Assembly (NCBI GenBank): GCA_963758635.1
Contig: CAVWWD010000005.1
Location: forward strand, 256,001 to 320,000
DNA: 64,000 nucleotides
Source of the DNA: an uncultured Candidatus Rokubacteria bacterium
Lineage (GTDB): Bacteria; Methylomirabilota; Methylomirabilia; Rokubacteriales; CSP1-6
Direction: 5' to 3'
Position 1 is the first letter of the stretch. The number at the start of each line of letters is the position of its first letter. The notes under the pieces were generated by a model, which saw only the letters and a program-made list of their open reading frames with translations, was not told the origin of the DNA and did not search any database. Positions 58,378-64,000 of this stretch are shown piece after piece. The position numbers and the translations under genes were made by a program.

Positions 58378-59301
58378 TCAGGCGCCGGGCGCGACCTCTT
58401 CGAGGAAGGCGCGCAGGGGCATGAGGAGGCCGGCGGGGTTGTCCCCCTGCACCGTGTGCCCGGCGCCCTCGACGCGGACCCAGCGGCCGTGACGGAGCCG
58501 GCCGGCGAGGCGCTCGGCGTCCTCGTCGTGGAACACGTCGCTCTCCGCTCCGCGCACCACCAGCGTGGGGCACTCGATGGTGTCCACCGCTGACCACAGG
58601 AGGTCGCGACGGCGGGCCTGGGCATCCGGATCGACCTTGCCGCGATGCCGCTGGTCGTACTTCCACATCCACCGCCCGTCCGGCATTCGCCTCAGGTTGT
58701 GGAGCAAGCTTCGGCGGAGCAACTCGCGGTCGCGTCGCGGGTTGAAGGCGAGCGCTCGCTCGATGAACTCGTCCACGGAGGCGAGCGGCGCGCCCTCCGA
58801 GGTGAACGCGGCGATCTTCCGAACCCCGGCGGTGCGGACCTCCGGGCCGACGTCCACCACGACGAGGCCGGCGATGCGCCGGCTGTGCCGGCCCGCCCAC
58901 GCCATCGCGTTCACGCCGCCCAGCGACATGCCGACGAGGACGAAGCGTTCGAGCCCGATGGCGTCGACGAACGCCTCGAGGTCGCTCACCTGACTCTCGG
59001 TCGTGTAGTCCATCTCGGGCGACCACTCGCTCTCCCCGTGACCGCGCTGGTCGAGGGCCATGCAGTGCCGCTCGAGCTTGAGGCTCGCGCACACCAGGTC
59101 CCACGTGTGAGCGTTCAACCCGCCGCCGTGGAGGAACAGCACGGGGGGCCGGCCCCGCGTGCCCCAGTCGAGGTAGTGGAAGCGCATACGCCGCAGCACG
59201 ACATCGTGCTCGTCGGGCAGCACGAGGTCGGGCAGGCGGAGGCCCGCGGTGGCCGCCGACCGCTCGAGGTGCAGACGGAACTCTTCGGGGGGGAGGCTCA
59301 T
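58378..59301 (-). CDS. Alpha/beta hydrolase
   Basis: FLHGGG, DQRGHGES, GMSLGG nucleophile elbow, GAGHTVQGD. Confidence 0.92.
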   Translation of the reverse strand: MSLPPEEFRLHLERSAATAGLRLPDLVLPDEHDVVLRRMRFHYLDWGTRGRPPVLFLHGGGLNAHTWDLVCASLKLERHCMALDQRGHGESEWSPEMDYTTESQVSDLEAFVDAIGLERFVLVGMSLGGVNAMAWAGRHSRRIAGLVVVDVGPEVRTAGVRKIAAFTSEGAPLASVDEFIERALAFNPRRDRELLRRSLLHNLRRMPDGRWMWKYDQRHRGKVDPDAQARRRDLLWSAVDTIECPTLVVRGAESDVFHDEDAERLAGRLRHGRWVRVEGAGHTVQGDNPAGLLMPLRAFLEEVAPGA

Positions 59302-59329
59302 GCCGGTCGGTCTCCTGTCGCGCGATGCC

Positions 59330-59539
59330 TCACGCGCGCCACAGCGTGAGCACGAGGATGGCCAGCCCGAGCAGGGCGGGCGCCCACAGCGACCAGCGCA
59401 GGGCGCGGCGCGTCTTCACGAGCAGCCGCGGCTCCGGTCGCCCCGGACGCGGCGGGTTCAGAAAGGCGATCACCTTGGTCAGGACGAACAGCACCAGCGA
59501 GGTCAGCACGAAGAACGCCAGAGCCCACTTGAAGATCAC
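59330..59539 (-). CDS. Small two-TM membrane protein
   Basis: Two hydrophobic stretches separated by a basic loop. Confidence 0.55.
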   Translation of the reverse strand: MIFKWALAFFVLTSLVLFVLTKVIAFLNPPRPGRPEPRLLVKTRRALRWSLWAPALLGLAILVLTLWRA

Positions 59540-59633
59540 GCGGCGGCCGCGAGCGACGGGGCGCTTCCCGCCGCGGGCGGCGTGTGGACCAGCCGGAGCG
59601 CGATGTGACGGCGCATGATCGGGTCGCGGGCCG

Positions 59634-61664
59634 TCAGGTCCCGCGCACCTCGAGGTCGACGCGGCGCAGGGCCTTGATGCGGTCGCGCAGCTCGGCCGCC
59701 CGCTCGAAGTCGAGCCGCTTCGCCGACTCCTTCATCGCCGCCTCGAGCGAGGCGATCTCCGCGGCGAGGGCGGCCGGGCTCTCGAACTCTCGCGCGGCGG
59801 CCTTCGGGATCTCCACCGTGTAGTAGTCGCGCTCCGGCACCGTCTCCAGCAGCTCGCGGATCGACTTCTTGATCGACTCCGGCGTGATGCCGTGGGCGGT
59901 GTTGTACTCGCCCTGCGCGCGCCGCCGCCGCTCCGTCTCCGCGATGGCCTCGCGCATGGAGCCCGTCGTCCGGTCGCCGTACATGAGCACCTCGCCCTTG
60001 ACGTGGCGGGCCGCGCGACCCGCGGTCTGGATCAGCGACGTTGCCGAGCGCAGGTAGCCTTCCTTGTCCGCGTCGAGGATGGCGACGAGCGAGACCTCGG
60101 GGAGGTCGAGCCCCTCGCGGAGCAGGTTGATCCCGATGAGGGCGTCGAACTTCCCGAGCCGGAGGTCGCGGATCACGGCCACGCGGTCGAGGGTGTCGAT
60201 GTCGGAGTGCAGGTAGCGGACACGCAGCCCGTTCTGCTGGTAGTACTCGGTGAGGTCCTCGGCCATGCGCTTGGTGAGCGTGGTGATGAGCACCCGCTCG
60301 TCCCGCTCCGCGCGCGCCCGCACCTCGGCCATGAGGTCGTCCACCTGGATGCTCGCCGGCCGCACGACGATCACCGGGTCCATGAGGCCGGTGGGCCGGA
60401 TGATCTGCTCCGCCACCGCGCCGCCCGTGAACGGCAGGCCGGTGGCCTCCCGGACCGCGCCGGTCCGCCCGAGCTCGTAGGGACCGGGCGTGGCGGAGAC
60501 GTACAGGCACTGCCCCACGACGGCCTCGAACTCGTCGAAGGTGAGCGGCCGGTTGTCGAAGGCGGACGGGAGCCGGAAGCCATACTCGACCAGCGCCTCC
60601 TTGCGCGAGCGGTCGCCCTCGTACATGCCCCGGATCTGCGGCACCGTCACGTGCGACTCGTCGATGATGACGATGACGTCCTTGGGCAGGTAGTCCATCA
60701 GCGTGGCCGGCGGCTGCCCCGGCTTCCGGCCCGAGAGATGCCGCGAGTAGTTCTCGATGCCGTGGCAGTAGCCGATCTCGCGCAGCATCTCCATGTCGAA
60801 CAGCGTGCGCTGCTCGAGCCGCTGGGCCTCGAGGAGGCGCTGGCGCTTCCGGAAGAACGCGAGGCGCTCGCGGAGCTCGTCGGACACCGTCACGTACGCG
60901 CGCTCCTGCTGGGCGGCCGGCGTCACGTAGTGGCTGGCCGGATAGACGCGCGCCCGGTCCACCGTGCCCGTGGTCGTGCCCTTGAGCGGGTCCAGGGTCA
61001 GGAGCCGCTCGACGGTGTCGCCCCAGAGCTCCACGCGCAGGGCCTCGGACTCGGCGGCGGCGGGGTAGATCTCCACCACGTCGCCCCGCACGCGGAACGT
61101 GCCACGGCGGAAGTCGTAGTCGTTCCGCTCGTACTGGACGGCGACGAGATCGCGCACGATCTCGTCGCGGCTCTTCACCTGCCCCTCCTCGAGCGCGACG
61201 TGCAGCCCGCGGTAGGTCTCCGGCTCGCCGATGCCGTAGATGCACGAGACCGAGGCGACGACCACGACGTCGCGCCGCTCGAAGAGCGACGTGGTGGCGG
61301 AGTGGCGCATGCGGTCGATCTCGTCGTTGATCAGCGCGTCCTTCTCGATGTAGGTGTCGGACTGCGGGATGTAGGCCTCGGGCTGGTAGTAGTCGTAGTA
61401 CGAGACGAAATACTCGACGGCGCTCTCCGGGAAGAACGACTTGAACTCGCTGTAGAGCTGGGCGGCCAGCGTCTTGTTGGGCGACATCACGAGCGCGGGC
61501 CGCTGCAGCCGGTTGATCACGTTGGCGAGGGTGAACGTCTTCCCGCTGCCCGTGATGCCGAGCAGGAGCGAGTGGCGCTCGCCGTCGGTGAGCAGGGTCG
61601 ACAGGCGATCGATGGCCCGCGGCTGGTCCCCCGCCGGGGCGAACTCCGAGGCCAGCGTGAACAC
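59634..61664 (-). CDS. uvrB: Excinuclease ABC subunit B
   Basis: [44 protein letters not shown]-terminal UVR domain. Confidence 0.98.
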   Translation of the reverse strand: MFTLASEFAPAGDQPRAIDRLSTLLTDGERHSLLLGITGSGKTFTLANVINRLQRPALVMSPNKTLAAQLYSEFKSFFPESAVEYFVSYYDYYQPEAYIPQSDTYIEKDALINDEIDRMRHSATTSLFERRDVVVVASVSCIYGIGEPETYRGLHVALEEGQVKSRDEIVRDLVAVQYERNDYDFRRGTFRVRGDVVEIYPAAAESEALRVELWGDTVERLLTLDPLKGTTTGTVDRARVYPASHYVTPAAQQERAYVTVSDELRERLAFFRKRQRLLEAQRLEQRTLFDMEMLREIGYCHGIENYSRHLSGRKPGQPPATLMDYLPKDVIVIIDESHVTVPQIRGMYEGDRSRKEALVEYGFRLPSAFDNRPLTFDEFEAVVGQCLYVSATPGPYELGRTGAVREATGLPFTGGAVAEQIIRPTGLMDPVIVVRPASIQVDDLMAEVRARAERDERVLITTLTKRMAEDLTEYYQQNGLRVRYLHSDIDTLDRVAVIRDLRLGKFDALIGINLLREGLDLPEVSLVAILDADKEGYLRSATSLIQTAGRAARHVKGEVLMYGDRTTGSMREAIAETERRRRAQGEYNTAHGITPESIKKSIRELLETVPERDYYTVEIPKAAAREFESPAALAAEIASLEAAMKESAKRLDFERAAELRDRIKALRRVDLEVRGT

Positions 61665-61729
61665 CCGTCAGTCCACGGCACTCGCGGACGCGGGGCGGTC
61701 CGCGGAGCCCGTTCGCGAATGGTCCACGT

Positions 61730-62260
61730 TCACAGCCCGGAGGGCACGGCCACGAGATACTTCCGCCACGAGTCCAGGAAGGACGTGGCGTGAGGATGCC
61801 GGAGCAGGTGCACGGAGAACAGGAACTGGGGGTGCACGGGCTCGCGGATGAGCCGGAGCCGCGCCTCGTCGAGCGTGCGGTTGCCCTTGAAGAGGTTGCA
61901 GCGCAGGCACGCCGCGACCACGTTGGTCCAGGTCGTCTGGCCGCCCCGCGAGCGCGGCACGACGTGGTCCACGGTGAGCTTGTCGCCGCGCCGGCTGCAG
62001 TACTGGCAGATGTACCCGTCGCGGCGGAGGATGTTCTTCTTGTTGAAGGCCACGCGCTCCAGGAACGGCTTGCGGATGTACACGGCGAGCCGGATGACCG
62101 CGGGCAGCGGGAAGGACCGCGAGGGGGACCGGACGATCCGGGGGGAGGCCTCGACGCTCTCCGCCTTACCGCTCAGCAGGAGGGTGATCGCCCGTTTCGC
62201 GTTCGTGAAGTGCAGCGGCTCGTAGGTGTAATTCAGCACCAGGACCGCTAGGTCATCCAT
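61730..62260 (-). CDS. HNH endonuclease (McrA-like, Zn-binding)
   Basis: VLVLNYTYEPL, RRDGYICQYC, LTVDHVVPRSRGG…WTNVVAACLRCNLFKG. Confidence 0.93.
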   Translation of the reverse strand: MDDLAVLVLNYTYEPLHFTNAKRAITLLLSGKAESVEASPRIVRSPSRSFPLPAVIRLAVYIRKPFLERVAFNKKNILRRDGYICQYCSRRGDKLTVDHVVPRSRGGQTTWTNVVAACLRCNLFKGNRTLDEARLRLIREPVHPQFLFSVHLLRHPHATSFLDSWRKYLVAVPSGL

Positions 62261-62271
62261 AGCCTTTCGGA

Positions 62272-62300
62272 AGCATAATCAGGGGCCTGGATGCTGTCAA
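62272..62300 (-). promoter_or_regulatory. sigma70-type promoter of the HNH gene
   Basis: TTGACA-N17-TATGCT, abutting the repeat array. Confidence 0.75.
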
Positions 62301-62662
62301 CACCATGGGGCGGGCGCCCGGGCTTCGCCCGCCCGCCCCTGCGGCCGGACTCACGGTGGCACCCGGGCTTCGCCCGCCCGCCCCTGCGGCCGGACTCACG
62401 GTGGCACCCGGGCTTCGCCCGCCCGCCCCTGCGGCCGGACTCACGGTGGCACCCGGGCTTCGCCCGCCCCCTGCGGCCGGACTCACGGTGGCACCCGGGC
62501 TTCGCCCGCCCGCCCCTGCGGCCGGACTCACGGTGGCACCCGGGCTCGCGCGCGGTCCGCCCGCCCCCGGCGGCCGGACTCACGGCGGCACCCGGGCTTC
62601 GCCCGGCCGCCCGCATGCGGCCGGACGCACGGTGGCACCCGGGCTTCGCCCGCCCCATGGTG
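62301..62662. repeat. 45-bp tandem array (~7.5 units) enclosed by a perfect 16-bp inverted repeat
   Basis: Unit CCCGGGCTTCGCCCGCCCGCCCCTGCGGCCGGACTCACGGTGGCA from 62317; CACCATGGGGCGGGCG (62301-16) / CGCCCGCCCCATGGTG (62647-62). Confidence 0.97.
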
Positions 62663-62665
62663 AAA

Positions 62666-62805
62666 TCAGGCGAGGGCGCGCCAGAGGAGGTGCGCCGAGC
62701 CCGCGAGCACCACGAAGGAACACGCCGCCGCCACCGGGTGCACGACGGCGAGCCCGGCGAGGAAGCAGAGCAGGATGAAGCACGAGATGTAGTCAGGGCC
62801 GTCAC
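62666..62805 (-). CDS. Possible ~46-aa hydrophobic peptide (needs a 1-nt correction near the start)
   Basis: DYISCFILLCFLAGLAVVHPVAAACSFVVLAGSAHLLWRALA*; GTG at 62805 is out of frame by one base. Confidence 0.3.
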
Positions 62806-62826
62806 CGATATGACGGCGCCGCGGGG

Positions 62827-63834
62827 TCAGAGCAGGAAGCCGCCGGGGAACGGGTCGGCCGGGCCGAGGAGCAGCGTCGACCGGGCGATCGGCCACGCGC
62901 GGCCCGTGATCTCGGGAACCACGGCGGGCGTCCCGCCCACGCTCGTGAGCGCGACGATGCGGGCCGTGAACAGCGTGCCGATGATCGACTCGTGCCCGAA
63001 CGCCTCGCCGACCGCGAGCCGCCCCCGCGCGTGCAGGTTGGCGAGCCGGGCCGACGTGCCGGTGCCGCACGGCGAGCGGTCGAGCCCGGCCGGAGCGACC
63101 ACCACCGCGTTCCGCAGCGAGGCGTCCGGCCGGCGGGCCGGCTCGTAGAACTGGATGTACAGGAGGCCGCGGGCATCGGGCATGGCGGGATGGACCAGCG
63201 GCACCTCGGCCTCGATGCGCCGGCGCACCGCCTCGCCGGCCGCGACGATGCGCGCCGCGTCCTTCGGCTCCAGCGCGAGGCCGACATCGCGTGCCGCCAC
63301 CATCGCGTAGAAGTGGCCGCCGTAGGCGAGGTCGAACGACACCCGGCCCAGCCCGGGCACCTCGATGGCGGCGTCGAGCAGCACCGAGAAGGACGGGACG
63401 TTCCGGATCGTCGCCGACACCGGCCGGCCGGCTCGCGTCGCGACCTCGCACTCCACGAGGCCCGCCGGCGTCTCGAGGACGACCGGAGTGCTGGGCTCCC
63501 GGAGCGGCACCGCCCCCGTCTCCACCAGCATCGTCGCGATGGCGATGGCCCCGTGCCCGCACATGTGCACGGGGCCCAGGGGCTCGATGAACAGCACCCC
63601 GCGATGCGCGCGCGGGTCGACCGGCTCGGTGAAGAGCGCGCCGCACATCGCGGCGTGACCGCGGGGCTCGTGGAGCAGGAAGCCGAGGAGGTCGCGCCCG
63701 TGGATGGCCAGGTGGTCGCTCCGCTCCATCAGCGTGGCGCCGGGGATCGGCGGAGCGCCGTCGACCACCAGGCGCATGGGCTCGCCCTCGGTGTGGTAGT
63801 CGATGACGGACAGCGACGCCGGCACGGGGATCAC
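62827..63834 (-). CDS. Proline racemase / hydroxyproline epimerase family
   Basis: DYHTEGEPMR, EPRGH, MCGHG and DRSPCGTGT (both catalytic Cys present). Confidence 0.93.
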   Translation of the reverse strand: MIPVPASLSVIDYHTEGEPMRLVVDGAPPIPGATLMERSDHLAIHGRDLLGFLLHEPRGHAAMCGALFTEPVDPRAHRGVLFIEPLGPVHMCGHGAIAIATMLVETGAVPLREPSTPVVLETPAGLVECEVATRAGRPVSATIRNVPSFSVLLDAAIEVPGLGRVSFDLAYGGHFYAMVAARDVGLALEPKDAARIVAAGEAVRRRIEAEVPLVHPAMPDARGLLYIQFYEPARRPDASLRNAVVVAPAGLDRSPCGTGTSARLANLHARGRLAVGEAFGHESIIGTLFTARIVALTSVGGTPAVVPEITGRAWPIARSTLLLGPADPFPGGFLL

Positions 63835-63838
63835 GGCG

Positions 63839-64000
63839 CTACCGGGCGGGGCGAAGGCGGAGCGCGTCCTCGAGCACGGCGAGCACCCGGTCGAGGCGGA
63901 ACGGCTTCACGAGGGTGAGGTCCACCCCGCTCTCGCGCAGCCGCGCGGGATCGAGGAGGTGGCCCCAGCCCGAGATCAGGACCACCGGCGTGCCGGGACG
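63839..64000 (-). CDS. C-terminal receiver (REC) domain of a response regulator or hybrid kinase, partial
   Basis: TPVVLISGWG…GVDLTLVKPFRL. Confidence 0.8.
   Translation of the reverse strand, partial: RPGTPVVLISGWGHLLDPARLRESGVDLTLVKPFRLDRVLAVLEDALRLRPAR

Noticed and set aside
62317..62655. CRISPR or TIGR array next to the HNH nuclease
   Set aside because: Units are contiguous and near-identical with no unique spacers; no cas or Nop-domain gene nearby
62248..63148. Repeat-peptide ORFs (RAKPGCHRESG…, PGFARPPLRPDSRWH…)
   Set aside because: By-product of a 45-bp stop-free GC-rich unit, open in nearly all frames

Overview
Very GC-rich (about 70%+ by eye) chromosomal window of a diderm, LPS-producing bacterium. 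Gene content and repeat style are reminiscent of Candidatus Rokubacteria/Methylomirabilota (inference, not verified). It is mostly housekeeping genes on the minus strand: bamA/tamA-like, miaB, accA, dnaE with a LAGLIDADG intein, guaA/guaB3, coaX, valS, fused lptF-lptG, a PBP, UPF0182, metK, GH57, the rapZ-hpf-rpoN-lptBAC-kdsCDA-pyrG cluster, a CCA-like enzyme, xerD, murJ, rpsT, holA-lptE-leuS, uvrC, vapBC, uvrB, an HNH nuclease and a proline racemase. Many essential genes carry single-base frameshifts, most likely consensus/sequencing errors. The main non-coding structure is: (i) a ~78-bp hairpin-forming element in 5 dispersed copies that abut or supply stop codons; (ii) a 45-bp x ~7.5 tandem array bracketed by a perfect 16-bp inverted repeat directly upstream of the HNH gene promoter; (iii) three further tandem arrays at gene junctions; (iv) a structured leader upstream of guaB3-guaA; (v) many genes with a -10 box a few nt before the start codon (leaderless-type); (vi) a decayed or chimeric patch at 3.5-6.3 kb. 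No rRNA, tRNA or CRISPR array was recognised.
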